A stretch of 64,000 nt of DNA from the human T2T-CHM13v2.0 reference genome, Homo sapiens: assembly GCF_009914755.1 (NCBI RefSeq), contig NC_060930.1. One strand, written 5' to 3'. The notes under the pieces were generated by a model. It searched no databases. It saw only the letters and a list, made by a program, of their open reading frames with translations, and had not been told where the DNA came from. Position numbers and translations under genes: made by a program. Shown in pieces: positions 1-22,053 of this stretch. Each line of letters starts with the position of its first letter. Position 1 is the first letter of the stretch.

Positions 1-1120
<1,120 letters not shown>

Positions 1121-1685
1121 TGATTGGCATCTTCTATGGGGCCTGAAGATGAGAGCTTAATTGCTGTCAGTGTTTAAGATTTAGCAGTACTGAGTGTCCT
1201 TTTTAGACCCAGGAGTTAAAGCCCTCTAACTCGATGTTGCAAGGACTTTAAAAACACATGCAGGAAGATACATGGATAAAATGAACTTAAATTAAAAAAT
1301 TTATCTCAGTTTTTTTCTAAGCAAACCAAAATGTAATAATAATATGACAACTTGATTATATAAAAGTTTTTGATTTTTTAAAAATATGAAATCCTTTTAT
1401 TGTGACTTACACTGACCATTCTTGACATGCTTTGATTTTCTGGTTTTTCCTGAACATCCTCCTTTTTAAACAACCAGTTATTTTATTTTGGGACTAAATT
1501 TATCATATAACATTTATTCTTATATAAAATTATTCTCTTTAAGCTTTTTTACCTGAAAATCCCCCTTTATTTTTATAACTTTCTTTACAACTTTTTAAAT
1601 TTCCTGGTATCTTTTACCTTGTTTTATACATAACTTTTAAATAAGTTTAGAATTAGACAAAACTTGTTCACTTTTTTATTTTTAA

Positions 1686-2019
<334 letters not shown>

Positions 2020-2270
2020 CCACACCTTTTTATTTTTAAAAAAGGGCACACCTTTTTATTTTTAATACAGGAATGTTTTCCTACAATATGTGTTTATTAG
2101 AAAATGCTCAGATAATGAAATATATATTATTTTATTTAATATAACTTTATATTCTAAATTATGACCAGTTTGTCTACAAGTATTTGTCCCATCATATTTA
2201 CCTAATTATTTTATTTTAATTGTTTACCTAAATTATTTATGAAAATGGTGATAGTCATAATTTAAAATTA

Positions 2271-2512
2271 TGAAGCCACCATTGCAAAATTATAACTGTG
2301 ACAGTGAAAAAAAGTTGATTTAACTGACTCCATCTTGCTCTTAACCTCCAAGGTGTCCTTGTTTATTCCTGGGCATAGGCTGAAGTAATTTTGGGAGGAA
2401 CTTAGTTTATAATTTAGCTTTGAAACAAAGATAATAACAGTACTTTCCCAAAACAAACCTTCTTATTGTCTGTGGACTAGACTGCCTAAAGCCACAGGAT
2501 TAGAAGTTATGG
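2271..2512 (+). mobile_element. LTR8/LTR8A-like fragment
   Basis: TGAAGCCACCATTGCAAAATTATAACTG...GACTCCATCTTGC...TTTGGGAGGAACTTAGTTTATA matches the recalled LTR8 5' end. Confidence 0.65.
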
Positions 2513-2697
2513 TAATTTTACTAAATTCAAGATGCAGCTATTTTCATTAAACCCATATTAATCTCTTATTTATTAAAAATAACACAAGTGAAGATCATTC
2601 TGTTTTGGGCTAGGTTTATAGTTTTGTAACCCCTATGCCAAATTTTGACACTTGCATGAATAAGTATGAAATTGCTTGATTGAGAAACGCAAACAAA

Positions 2698-3033
<336 letters not shown>

Positions 3034-4040
3034 TTATAATATTACGTCACCAATAATTTTAAAGCTAGCTTATGTATTAAGATTTTACTTAAGTTACATA
3101 AACTTGAAAAAGTATTTGATTAGTCATTTCCTTTTTAGTATCTTATTTAAGTGCTTTTATTTTTCTTTAAGCCAATTAATTAGAGCTCTTTTATATATTT
3201 TTAGTAGTGAGGCATTGTGTACACAACAGTTAAATATATATAAGGAGGTATTAGTAATGCCAATAAAAGTACAATTTATAGATTTATAAAGATGTCCCCT
3301 CAATTCTTTTTTCCCTTAGACTCAGATTCTTGATTGATAACCTGTAACCTGTTTTATAACCCTAGGCAGTTGTCAGCTAAACAGCCTTAAATTTGCACAT
3401 TAAAGGAAACAATTCAGGTGAAAATCAAATAGCAAAATTTACATCATAAGGTACAGAGGAAAAAAAGTCTGGTGGTGCTAGAGGGAAATGCTTTTATTTT
3501 TCTTTGAGCCAAATTAAACATAAAATTAAACTACACTCTTCCTTAAAAACCCAAGAGTAGCCTCTGTTGCAATAGCTATTTCAGTAAAAAAATCAGGTGA
3601 AAACAGAATTCAGTCAACTGAGAAGAAAAAGAAAAAAAAAAACTTTTGCTCAAGAAAGACAAGATCTTAGGAGAGAAAAACAAACAACAAGAAGAAGAAT
3701 AAAAACATGAAGAAGGCCTTTCAAATACAAACATGCACACATGCATACGTACACACACATCTTGGATGTTAGCCTTTTAGTTAAGCTAACTTTTAACCAT
3801 TGAGCTTCTTAAAAGATTTTTTTTAAATCTTATTACCATATTTCAGCTAGGACAAAATGCCATTTTAGACGTATAGCCATTGTTTTTTCAGTTTGATCTG
3901 GCTGGCAAAAAGGTGGCCTTGTTATGTAAATAAAGCCCCTTTTGTAGTTAAAATTAAAAATCCTTTATTTTTTCCCCGTTTGCTGGTCAATTTCTTCCCA
4001 CTTCAAAGGCCTTGTTCCCGCATAATTTCGGGTTCCCCTT

Positions 4041-6985
4041 CAGATAGTTTTCTTTCACAGAGCCATACAATTACATGGAAATTTAAAAACCTGCTCCAGA
4101 ATGACTTTTGGGTAAACAATGAAATTAAGGCAGAAATCAAGAAATCCTTTGAATCTGATGAGACCAAAGATACAACATACCAGAATCTCTGGGACACAGC
4201 TAAGGGAGTGTTAAGAAGGAAGTTTATAGCACTAAACACCCTTGTCAAAAAGTTAGAAAGATCTCAAATTAACAAACTAACATCACAAATAGAAGAATTA
4301 GGGAAGCAAGAGCAAACCAACCCCAAAGCTAGCAGAAGAAAAGAAATAGCTAAAATCAGAACTGAATAGAAGGAAGTTGAGGCAAAAAAAATATGCAAAA
4401 GATCAATGAATTCAGGAGTTTGTTCTTTGAAAAAATAATAAGACAGATAGATGGCTAGCTAGACTAACAAATAAAAAAGAGAGAAGATCCAAATAAAAAC
4501 AATTAGAAATGACAAAGGGGACGTTACCACTTATCCCACAGAAATACAAAAAATCCATCAGAGACTACTATGAATACTTCTATGGACAAAAAATAGAAAA
4601 TTTGGAAGAAATGGATAAATTTCTGGACAAAAACAGCCTCCCAAGATGGAACCAGGAAGAAATAACATCCTTGAACAGAGCAATAACAAGTTCTGAAATT
4701 GAATCAGTAATGAAAAGCATACAAAAAAAAAAAAAAAAAAGAGCCCAGGACCGAAAGATTCACAGCCAAATTCTACCAGATGTATAAAGAAGAGCTGATG
4801 CCATTCCTACTGAAATGTGATTTATTACATAAACAAAATTAAAGACTGAAACCACATGATTATCTCAAAGATACAGAAAAGGCTTTCAATAAAATTCAAC
4901 ATCCCTTCAGGTTTCAAACCCTCAATAAACTAGGCTTTGAAAGAACATAGTTTAAAATAATAAAACTATCTATGACAAACCCATAGCCACATCATTCCAA
5001 ATGGGCAAAAGCTAGAAACATTCCCCTTGAAAACTGGCACAAGACATAGTATTGAATAAAAGTATTCCAAATGAAGACAGAAAATCAAGCTATCCCTGTT
5101 TGCAGATGACATGATTCTATATCTAGAAAACTCCATGATCTCTGCCCAAAAGCTTCTAAGTCTAATAAAAAATTTCAGCAGTTTCAGGATAAAACATCGA
5201 GATATGAAAATCGGTAGCATTTCCATACACAAACAACATCCAAGCCAAGAGCCAAATCAGGAAGCCAACCCCATTCACAATTGCCACAGAAAAAATAAAA
5301 TAGCTAGAAATACAGCTAACCAGGGAGGTGAAAGATCTGTACAATCAGAATTGTAAAACACTGCTCAAAGAAATCAGAGATGACACAAACAAATGGATAA
5401 ACAGTCTATGATCATGAATAGGAAGAATAAATATTATTAAAATGACCATACTGCCCAAAGTAATTTACAGACTCAATGCTATTCCTATCAAATAGCAATA
5501 ACATTCCTCACAGAATTAGAAAAAACTATTTTAAAATCCATGTGGGACCAAAAAAGAGCCCAAATAGTCAAGGCAATCCTAAGCAAAAAGAACAGAGCTG
5601 TAGGCATCATGTTACCTGACTTCAAGCTATACTGTAGGGCTACAGTAACCAAAACAGCATGGTACTGGTACATTAGACACATAAACCAACAGAATAGAAT
5701 ACAGAGCCTGGAAATAATGCCTGACTCTAACAACCATCTGATTTTCCATGAATTTGACAAAACAACCAATGGAAAAAGGATGCCTTATTCAATAAATGGT
5801 GCTGGAATAATTGGTTAGCCATATGAAGAAGATTGAATCTAGACCCCTAACTTACATTGCGTTCAAAAATCAACTCAAGATGGATTAAAGACTTTAATGT
5901 AAAACATAAAACTATAAAAGTCTGGAATTTAACCTAGGAAATATCATTCTGGACATAGGACTTTGTAAATATTTCATGACAAAGATGCTAAAAGGAATTG
6001 CGACATAACCAAAAATTGACAAGTGGGATCTAAGTAAACTAAAGACTTTCTGCACTGCAAGCAAGGGAAACTATCAGCAGAACAGACAACCTACAGAATA
6101 GGAGAAAATATATGCAAACTATGCATCTGAGAAAGCTCTAATATCCAGTATCTATAAGGAACTTAAACACATTTACAAGAAAAAAAACAACGCCCTTAAA
6201 AAGTGGGCAAAGGACATGAATTGACACTTAGAAAGAAGACATACATGCAGCCAACAAGCATAGTAAAAAATATCAGCATCACTAATCATTAAAGAAATGC
6301 AAGTGAAAACCACAATGAGACACCATCTCACACCAGTCAGAATGGCTAATACTAAAATGTCAAAAAATAACAGATGCTGGCATGGTTGTGGAGAGAAGGG
6401 AATGCTTATACATTGTTGGTGAATGTAAATTAGGTAAGCCATTGTGGAAAGCAGTGTGGCAATTCCTCAAAAAGCATAAAGCAGAACTACTATTCAACCC
6501 AGCAATCCCATTATTGGGTATATAACCAAAGGAATATAATTGTTCTACCATAAAGGCACATGCATGCTTATGTTCATTGTACCACTAATCACAATGGCAA
6601 AGACATGGAATCAACTTAAATGCCCATCAATGGTAGACTGGATAAAGAAAATGTTGTACGTGTACACCATGGAATTCTATGCAGCCATAAAAAAGAGCGT
6701 GATTATGTTTTTTGCTGCAACATGGATGGAGCCAGAGGCCATTATCCTAAGCAAGTTAACAGACAAACAGAAACCTAAACACCATCTATTCTCACTTATA
6801 AATGGGAGATAAACCAGGAGAATACATGGAGACTAGAAGAACAACAGACACTGGGGCCTTGTAGGTACAATACTTATTACCCAGGTGATGAAATTTTATG
6901 TTTACCAAATTCCTGTGACACACCATTTACCTATATAACAAACATGCACACGTATCCCTGAACCTAGAAGAAAAGTTTAAAAAAG
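4041..6985 (+). mobile_element. Older L1 (L1PA15-16/L1PB-like): ORF2 to 3'UTR, with internal deletions
   Basis: Frameshifted ORF2 pieces ([27 protein letters not shown] region, LPDFKLY). The 3' end CCTATATAACAAACATGCACACGTATCCCTGAACC is typical of older L1PA/L1PB. Confidence 0.9.
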
Positions 6986-7071
6986 AAATGTGATACATAT
7001 ATAAATGACTGGATACTTTGCTAATAATTAAATCTAAATTGTGGTGAGTAATAAAAATATAGTATGGAAGT

Positions 7072-7256
7072 TATATGGTTTGTAGTTTGTTCACTCCAAA
7101 TCTCATGTTGAAATGTGATTCTCAATGTTGGAGGTGAGATCTAGTGGGGATGATTGGATCATGGGGATGGATCCCTCATGAATGGCTTAGCAGCACCCCT
7201 TGGTGATAATCGAGTTCTCGCTTTGAGTTCATATGAGATCTGGTTGTTTAAACATT
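7072..7256 (+). mobile_element. MSTB-like MaLR LTR, 3'-truncated
   Basis: TATGGTTTG...CTCCAAATCTCATGTTGAAATGTGAT...GATCCCTCATGAATGGCTT. Confidence 0.75.
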
Positions 7257-8002
<746 letters not shown>

Positions 8003-8285
8003 TTATGTCCTCACGTTTCAAAACCAATCATGCCTCCCAACAGTCTCCCAAAGTCTTAACTCATTTCAACATTAACTCAAAAGTCCACAGTCAAAAGTCT
8101 CATCTGAGACAAGGCAAGTCCCTTCCACCTATGAGCCTGTAAAATCAAAAGCAAGTTAGTTACTTCCTAGACACAATGGAAGTACAGGCATCAGGTAAAT
8201 ACACCCATTCCAATTGGGAGAAATTGGCCAAAACAAAGGGGCTACAGGCCCCATACAAGTCCAAAATCCAGCAGGGCAGTCAAAT

Positions 8286-10397
<2,112 letters not shown>

Positions 10398-12081
10398 TCA
10401 GATCCTAAAGCTCCAAAACGATCTCCTTTGACTCCATGTCTCACATCCAGTTCATGCTGATGCAACAGATCGGTTCCTATTGTCTTGGGCAGCTCCACCC
10501 CTGTGGCTTTGCCAGGTACAGCCCCCCTCCTGGCTCCTTTCACAGGATGACACTGAGTGTCTGTAGCTTTTCCAGGTGCACATTTTCCAGGTGCACAGTG
10601 CAAGCTGTCAGTGGATCTACCATTCTGGGGTCTGAAAGATGGCGGCCCTCTTATTACAGTGCCCCAGTAGGGACTCTGTTTGGGGGCTCCCACCTCACAT
10701 TTTCCTTCCTCACTGCCTTAGCAGAGGTTATCCATGAGGGCTTTGTCCTTGCAGCACCACTCTGCCTGGACATTCAGGCATTTCTTACATCCTCTGAAAT
10801 CTAGATGGAGGTTGCCAAACCTCAATTCTTGATTTCTGTGCACCTGCAGGCCCAGTACAATATGTAAGCTGCCAAGGCTTGGGACTTGCACCTTCTGAAA
10901 CAATGGCCCGAGCTATATGTTGGCCCCTTTTAGCCACAGCTGGGATACAGAGCATCAAGTCCCTAGACTGCACAAAGCAGCAAGGCTCTGGGCCCATGAA
11001 ACCATTTTTCCTCCTGGGCCTCTGGGCCTGTGATGGGAGGGGCTGCTGTAAAGGTCTCTGACGTGCCCTGAAGACATTTTCCCCTTTGTCTTGGTGATTA
11101 ACATTGGCTTTCTCATTACTTATGCAAATTTCTGAAGCCGGCTTGAGTTTCTTCTCAGAAAATGAGTTTTTCTTTTTTATTGCATTGTCAGGCTGCCGTT
11201 TCTGAACTTTCATGATCTGCTTCCCTTTTAAACATAAGTTCCAATTCCAAATCATGTCTTTGTGAATGAATAAAGCTAAATGCTTTGTAGAGCACCCAAA
11301 TCATCTCTTGAATGCTTTGCTGCTTGGAGGATTTCTTCCACCAGATACCCTAAATAACCTCTCTCAGGTTCAAAGTTCCACAGATCTGTAGGGAAGGGGC
11401 AAAATGCCACCTGTCTCTTTGCTAAAACATAGCAAGAATTACCTTTGCTCCAGTTCCCAATAAGTTCCTCATCTCCATCTAAGACCACCTCAGCCTGGAC
11501 TTCCTTGTCCATATCACTATTAGCATTTTGGTCAAAACCATTCAACAAGAATCTCCAAACTTTCCCACATTTTCCTGTTTTCTTCTGAGCCCTCTGAAGT
11601 GTTCCAACCTCTGCCTGTTACCCAGTTCCAAAGTCACTTCCACATTTTTGGATATCTTCATAGCAGTACCCCACTTGTGTTACCAGTGCCCCACTTCTGT
11701 TACCAATTTACTATATTAGTCCATTTTCATACTTCATTTATTTATATGAAGAAATACCACAGACTGGGTAATTGATAAAGAAGGAGAGGTTTGATGGACT
11801 CATAGTTCCACATGGCTGGGGAGGCCTCACAATCATGGAGGAAGGTGAAGGAGCAAAGGCACATCCTGCATAGCAGCAGTCAAGAGAGTGTGTACAGGGG
11901 AGCTTCCCTTTATAAAACCATCGGATCTCATGAGACTCATTCTGCATCATGAGAACAGCAAAGAAAAAACCCGTCCCCATGATTCAATTACCTCCCACTG
12001 GGTCCCTCTCATGGCATGTGGAGATTATGTGAGCTACAGTTCAAGATGATATTTGGGTGGAGACACAGCAAAACCATATCA

Positions 12082-12365
12082 GATGGTTAAAGAATATAAA
12101 ATCTCAGTTAGACAGGCAGAATACTTTTTTTCAGTTCTATTACACAGATTACACAGCGTGGTAAATATAGTTAACAATAGCATATTATACATTTCAAAAT
12201 TGCTAAGAGTAAATTTCAAGCGTTCTCACCACAAAAATAAGTATTTGAGGTGATTAATATGTTAATTTGCTTGAGCTAATTATTCCATATTTTATTCATA
12301 AATCATAGCATCACTTTGTACCCCATAAATGTATATCATTATAAATAGTTTACAATACAATTTTA
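12082..12365 (+). mobile_element. L1MA-type 3' end
   Basis: TTTCAAAATTGCTAAGAG...TTCTCACCACAAAAATAAGTATTTGAGGTGA...TGTACCCCATAAAT. Confidence 0.75.
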
Positions 12366-13299
12366 AACATAATTTCATTACAATGAAAGTTTCAATATTT
12401 AGGACACATGGAAAAAGCCTCTTTTTATATTATGCCAAAAAGACAAATGAATTAAAGATGTGGTTACAAACATGGACATTTGGTGTATTTGGGTAAGTTA
12501 AATGAACTATCTTTATTTCTAAAATAACTGTTATTTAATAGAAATTCAGGAGATTCAGATTATCATCCTACTTCTGGAAAAAAAAACTAGACCTATAATT
12601 CTGAGAGGGGCGGGAGGAAAGGAGTCATTTTAAAAATGACTCTCCTGAGCCAAGGGCTCTGCATATATTCTCTTCAGCTACCTAGCTTATGCTATTTTGA
12701 ATCAGTTAACTTCTCTGTGTCTGATTCCCTCACCTTCAAATTATGTTGTTGGATCTGGCAAGGGTTTCTTAATTGAGTCCAGTGCATGGGATTCAGGGTG
12801 GTCTGTATTCTCTAAAATTGCATGGAACATTTTGAGTACATGTTTGTGCAATTTCTGTGGGAGATGGTCCAGAGCTTCCATCCATTTCTCAAAGGGATTT
12901 ATTTGGATTCTGAAAAATAAAGAACGAATTCACTTAGAACAAACTGGGGTATGTGTGCCCCTGGGGATTATGCACACATACATTATGTAGCATATACTGT
13001 GCACATATGATTATGCACAGTTTCCAGGGGGTATGAAGGTATGGAAAGGCCTAAGAACATCTATTTTTGTTCCTTCACTTTCTTGTGCATTGTGTGCTAA
13101 AATGGATCTTTCTGAGAAAAGACAAGTAAGAAAGCCCCTTTGATGGAAGGCTGATTCTCCTCTCCTACCTGAATATAAAATTTTACATTTTCTGCCAGCA
13201 TCCATGAAACAATGACAGGCTTACTTGTTAGCTCGCAAGCAGGGTAACAATCTCAAACTCGTCACAGTTCTCAATAGTTACTATCTAAATTTTATTTTT

Positions 13300-13460
13300 A
13301 TTTGCTTACTTATATATGTTCTGTCTCCTTCTCTAGAAATTAAGTTCTATTAGGGCAGAGACTTCGTCTTTTCACCTTGTATCTTAAGCAAGTAAAACAG
13401 TTCTTGGTACATAGAAGATATTCAATAAAAATTTTCTGACTTAGTAAATAAATCAATAAA
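13300..13460 (+). mobile_element. L2 3'-end fragment
   Basis: CTAGAAATTAAGTTCTATTAGGGCAGAGAC...CTTGGTACATAGAAGATATTCAATAAA. Confidence 0.6.
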
Positions 13461-13829
13461 AATATTTTCTTTCACAGTTTCCTAGCACAACTTTTCAAAA
13501 CCTATAGGGCCATTTTCCTCATCATATTCTAAAACTAAACAAACTCCTATTTTTCTAAGAGTTACATGCTATTTTTCTGGCAATTGTCCATTGTTGGTGT
13601 GCCCAGCAGGCATCACATCCTAAAACCAAACAAAGTCTTATTTTCCCTAAATTTATGTTGCCTAGATTGTTTTTCTTCCTAACTAGGATATTACTTAAAG
13701 TCTTTTCTCAGCATATTCATGTTATTTATTATTTCTTCTACAGCACATTACATTTGTTCCTATTATAGTGGGTAATACATAAAATTACAGATGGTAGTAC
13801 TATGGACTGTATAGAGCCAAGTTGCGTCT

Positions 13830-14030
13830 TTGCCTAATGCTGGCCTACCCCTTACTAGCAGTTTATCTTTGAGCAATTTACTTAAGCCTTCTAAATTTCA
13901 ATTTCTTCATCTTTAAAATAGGGATAACAATAATGCTCAATTCATAGGATTGAGTCTATAGTCCAAGATAACTTATATAAATTTCTTAGCAGAGCACTGG
14001 GTCTATAATAGGCATTCAATAAGTGTGAGC
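13830..14030 (+). mobile_element. MIR SINE
   Basis: Core TTTCTTCATCTTTAAAATAGGGATAACAATAA. Confidence 0.7.
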
Positions 14031-17000
14031 AGAGTTGTCTAAGGAATTTGGTTACGATTATTCTTTCCTATGAGTCTGACAATGCGTTAGAGTTAGAACT
14101 CTGCCAACTTTGTGTATATGTTCTTTCTTCCCCACCAAAGGAAATTAGAAAGCCAGTGAACAATAATAAGCACAGAAAAATAAACCTCTGGAATGTGTCA
14201 CTAAACTTTCACCTAGCTTTTTATTTGCTGTAGATGATCTGAGAATCCTTCTCCAAGGTGAAAGAAGAGAAAAAGACATGGTCAAATCTTTTGAGAAATT
14301 CCAGGAAGTGAAAAAAAGGAATTTTGGTTTTGATCTGCATGTCTATGTTTATGGAAGTTGAAATTTTAATCCATTTCCTTGATCAGAATTGCCCCACAAA
14401 TGATTGTCTCAGTGCTCTGCTTCATTAAAATTAAAGAATAATAATATGGTTCAAGTCTTATTTTACAAGACTGGAAACTGATGCAATGTGGTAATGGGAC
14501 AAAAATGCTGAAATGGAGATGCAAATTCTGGCTGAGTAGATTTTAATAAATCTAGAACCGAAGTTTAAGTATAAAAACCTGAGGTGCATAATCACTATGT
14601 TGCTAGATAGTAACGTAACCACATAATTCTGGTGTTATGTTTTATTTATTTTTAACTGCAAAGACTATCTGAGAAAAGTTTCTTACCAAACAGAAATATT
14701 GAAGATGGAGATGCTTCCTTTGTGAGGTAGCACAAAGGCTCAGCAAAGACTCAGATTCATCTTTCCTGGATGTCGGCAGTCCCCAGTCATGTGCAACTGA
14801 AAACTCAAATGAAGCCACCATTCATCATAAACTCCATATCGACAGCAGCGCAAGTGGCTGCTAAAAAATAGACTGAAATGCTGGTGGTTATAGATAGATT
14901 TCTAGAAATAGATGAATTCCAGAAAACAGAAACAGAAAAGCCTTGACATTCTCAGATGGTGTTATATTTACAAGTTGCTCCAGCAAGTGAAATTGAAAGC
15001 TGGTGACAAAGCATTCACCAGAAAATTAGTAACAGAAACAGCCCCTTGGGGCTGTTGATTGAGGATGACACTTTGTTATCAGGCAGAAAATGTTTCTTAA
15101 CTAAAGCTAAACTAAAGGAGTGTCAGACAGGAGTAACATAAACAGCAGCTCCACAGTCACAGGATCAATAACAAATGTAAAATGCAGAAATACACTGGGC
15201 ACATATTCTTATGAGAGCATGATTATCATCATCATTATTAGCAGCAACACTATGTTCATGCTCGGGTGATCACACACCATGAACTCTGCTTTGTTTGGAC
15301 AGTATGGTTTACTCCTGTCCTGGCCACCCTGCCTGTTAGGGTTCCTTTTCACTCTTAAGTATGTCCTGGTTTGGACTATAATTAGATGCTCACCCTGTGC
15401 ATGGCATATTAGTAGGCATTTGCAGGGTATTCCAAGAAATGCTGTGGCCCTTAGACTTAATGGTACTTATTTTTCTCTTTTGTGGGCACTAAGTGCACTC
15501 TGCAAGAGAAGGGGGCAAGCGGAAGGAGTGGGGGGCAGGTGGACAAGGCCATACAGCATCATAGCGCCTGTAAGGCTTAATAGGTGGGTAAATTTTTTAA
15601 TTAAATACTTAACTACCCCAGAGCCTCCTGGGTTGAGGTATATACTATCCCCCTTCTGAAGATTCTGAGGAGTTTAAAGCATATTGTTGCCTGGACAAAA
15701 AGAAGTGATATTTAATCTTACGATGTCAGAAAGTAATCATGACATAGTATTGGGCCAATGGTTCTCACAGCATCAATATATGACCCATCCTTCTCTTCAT
15801 GCTGATAAGTTTAAATTAAGTTCATCATTGTTACTAAAAAGTCCCGAGTATGAGAAAAATTCCCAGGCACATGCTTCCTATAGTTAACAAGCTTGTAAAC
15901 TTACTACCTAAACCTGTTTGTAAACTTAGCATATCTTTACTATTTATCAGGGAAAGTAACCAATCAGTTGGGTCCTGAATAGTCTGTCGTTTGGGAATAT
16001 TCAAGTTCCCTAAATATCACACTGAAAATTAAGTTTGTATTATTTTTTAAATGAATAATTCATCATTTATAGACATTACAGATAAAAAATGATTTAAAAT
16101 CTAAGCAGGATCTTGGGCTTTTTAATAGTACGTGGCACCAAGACGTTCAAAGACATATGTAGATTTATTTCTTAAAATTAATTCTCATAGCTCTATGAAG
16201 AAAGGAAGCGATATTACCATCTCTGATCTCTTGAAGTAATAAACAGATCTTACCATCTCTGAGTAGTTAAAAGAGGGAAAAAGGACTGAAGTTTTACTGA
16301 AGTTTCAGTTTACCATATATATATAGCTATATATATAAAAAGACTGAAGTTTTACTGAGCTTTAAGTTAAGAAAAAAATGGATAAAATAAAATTAAATTA
16401 AGAAAAAGAATGGATAAAATAATTAAAACTTTCCCTTTGGTGATGATGAGAAGAATAGAATATACAATGAGATTATGGCCACAGATCTAAAGCTAACACA
16501 GAAGATTAAAGAATTTCCTGGCTAATTTATTTTGAACTTCACTTTTACTTGAATTAGCTTGGATATTTTTCAACTTAAAATAATTAACCCTAGGTTATTT
16601 GTCTGTAAGAATCTGAAAAAAAAAAAAAAAGCACAGCAGTTCTAAAGATTGATTAACTCATCCGGCAAATATCTATTTACTATTTATTATGTGCCAGTCA
16701 CTTCTGAGTTCAAGGAGTTCTGAGGTGAACAAGACAGACAGGGACTTTACTGAACTTATATGACAATGGAGAGGCAGATGTAAACATGAAGAAACAGGGT
16801 AAAATAATTAAGATGGTAAATTTGATTTTGTGTGTATTTAAAAAACACAATAAAAAACTAGTCTGGTTTGCCATAAGATCTATACAATGATTTATTATTA
16901 ATTTAAGTAAAAATGATATTTAATTAAAAAAGAAACAGGTAATTTCAGACTGGGACAAGTGCTATGGATGGTGATCTAAAGACTGTCATAACCTTTTGGA

Positions 17001-17462
17001 GTTTCAGACCAAACATTTCGGGATGGTGAAATTTAAGGCCAAGGACAGAAAAAGTGGTGAGAGAAATAGTCACCAGAATCAAATCAGGTATTAGCAATTG
17101 TTTTTCTTTTGATAGCTGCCTTCCTTTAATGCTGAATAAGTCCTAGTATTCCTCAATTAGTCTGGTTCCTACTCTCTTTCCATTTAAGTTGAGATCCTCT
17201 GTGACTCAGGAATGCCTTCCCCATGAATCTTTGACACAGTACAGAATCACTTTGCAATCTAAAACCACCTTTAACACACTCTTCTTTGAGGCTATAAACC
17301 TCGTTGGAATATGTTTCTCTGCTTAGTCCTCTTAATTATGTGACATTATGTTGGTTTGGCTCCTTCATGTGAGTTAGTCAGATGCACAGAGAATAATGTG
17401 GCTCCAAGACAGGCAGTGCCAAGCAGCCAGAGAAGTTTGGCTGTGGCAGGGTGCTTTTTAAA

Positions 17463-19800
<2,338 letters not shown>

Positions 19801-20149
19801 TATGGGCGATAGTGCTTTAACGATTATTTAGTTCCTGTTAAATACCACTTTAAAACAAATATTTTTCTTGGTCTCTCTGTTTTTTTTAATCAAACATAAT
19901 TTAGATTTCCTTTAAGAGTATTCTGCTATCTAAAATTCCTGGTGTGTAAGTAATTTCTCTCCCACCCCTGTTTTTAATGTACTAACTCTTTTCCAAGGAT
20001 AGTTTTCACACATACTTTGGAATATTTACTCTAGTTCATATACAGATGGAACTATTTTCTGTAAAAATGTCATGAGTCTTGAGTTGTGGAGGCACTTCTA
20101 TGGGGCAGTAAGGTATTCACCTCTGATAGTATACCATAATGCATGCTTC

Positions 20150-21130
20150 TTTAGTCTCCTCAGGCCTCTGACAATTTCTCATTATTTTCTTATCTTTCAT
20201 GACCTTGAAAATTTGAAAGAGCATTGGTCACTTATTTTATAGAATTCCCCACTTTTGGTTTGTCAGATGTTTTACTCATAACTAGGTTGAAGTTGTAAAT
20301 TTCTAGGAAGAATATCACAGAAGTGGAGTGCCATTTCTCATTCCATCATATCAGGGGGGTGTGGTATCAAATGATTTCTCACTGGTGATGCTAATATTCA
20401 TCACTTGGCTAATTAAGGTCTTGCTTGCCACTGTAAATTTACTGTGTTTTCCTTTCCATCTTTCTTCTTTGGATGCAAATCACTCCATCCACTTCACCTA
20501 GACGGAGGTGGTGGTATTAAGCTCCACCTCTGGAGGGGGGAGTATCTACATACATATATTATTTAAAGTCTTCTGTAAAAAAAAAAAACTCTTCTTTCCT
20601 ATTTATTTATCTATTCAATCATTTATTTACATTACTATGAACATGTATAATCATTTATACTTTGGCTTATAATCCAATATTATGTTATTTATATTTTTGC
20701 TCCAATTGTTCCAGATTTGGCCATTGGGAGCTCTTTCAGGTTGGTCCCTATGTCCCTTTGACGTGCCTGTATCCTTTTGTTTTTCAAATATTTCTTTATT
20801 TTCTGGTACTACTAGATGCTCTAGACTCATCTTGTATTTTCTGTATTCCAGTTCCAGAAACAGCCATTTCTTTATGGATCTCTGGCTCTTTTTATTAGAG
20901 AATGGTGTTCAGAAAGCAAGACTAGGTGTTAAGTGTGCTCCTTGCTGTTGGGCAATACCTCTCAATGGGCACAGGTAGGAAATATATGTATGTATATAAC
21001 TCATGTCTATACTGATTTTTAATTTCTAAATTAGTGGTCTAATTACATGTAGGTGATGAAAAATTGAACCCAATACCAATGCATGGCTTGCAGTTTCAGT
21101 TTCTTGATGGTGACTGTTTTCCCATTCATC
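20150..21130 (-). mobile_element. Ancient L1MC/L1MD-type 3' region fragments
   Basis: GACCTTGAAAATTTGAAAGAGCATTGGTCACTTATTTTATAGAAT... and CCAGATTTGGCCATTGGGAGCTC motifs. Confidence 0.55.
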
Positions 21131-21711
21131 ACTCAGTGCTGTCACCCTTCTTTCCATGATGTGTTCTTGGGCCAGTGAGCAGAGTTTTTCTGTTACATGG
21201 ACTGGATTCCTTTTTCTGGCTCCAATCTTTAGGCAGGGAACTAAGATCCAGGGTCCCACAAAGCACAGGGTATGCAGCCTGAGCCACAATTCTCTTTCAG
21301 GCCTTAGATCCAGCCCACTTAACTTATGACTGTCTCTGATTCTCCTCAGAACTATTTAGCTGTTCTCACCCCTTCGATTTTAAGTTTATTTGTAGTTTCT
21401 GGTACTTATGGACATCTTTTTCTTGCTTTGGAGCTCTAGCATATATAAGAAGAACTATTTGATGTTACATTTTATCTAGCATTTCTATGTGTCACTTGTG
21501 TGTATGTGTGTATCTTCACACTCAATAATCTGCTGTATTGAATAGAAACTATCTATTTACAGCTAAGGAATTAAGCACCAGAACATTTGCATGACCCAAG
21601 GTTGCACAGTGAGTTAATGACAGAACTGTCTGCACTCCCATTTCTGGTGTTTCCACTTTACTTTCCTGATCGTGTGGTAAATGCAATAGTTAAAATTTTA
21701 AGCCTTTTCCT

Positions 21712-22053
<342 letters not shown>

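Noticed and set aside
14860-14872. MEF2-like CTAAAAAATAG in unique sequence
   Set aside because: It has one A too many for CTA(A/T)4TAG, and there is no other support.
16214-16422. Repeat-spacer-repeat pattern resembling CRISPR
   Set aside because: Each repeat has only two copies and the units differ; the context is eukaryotic with no cas genes.
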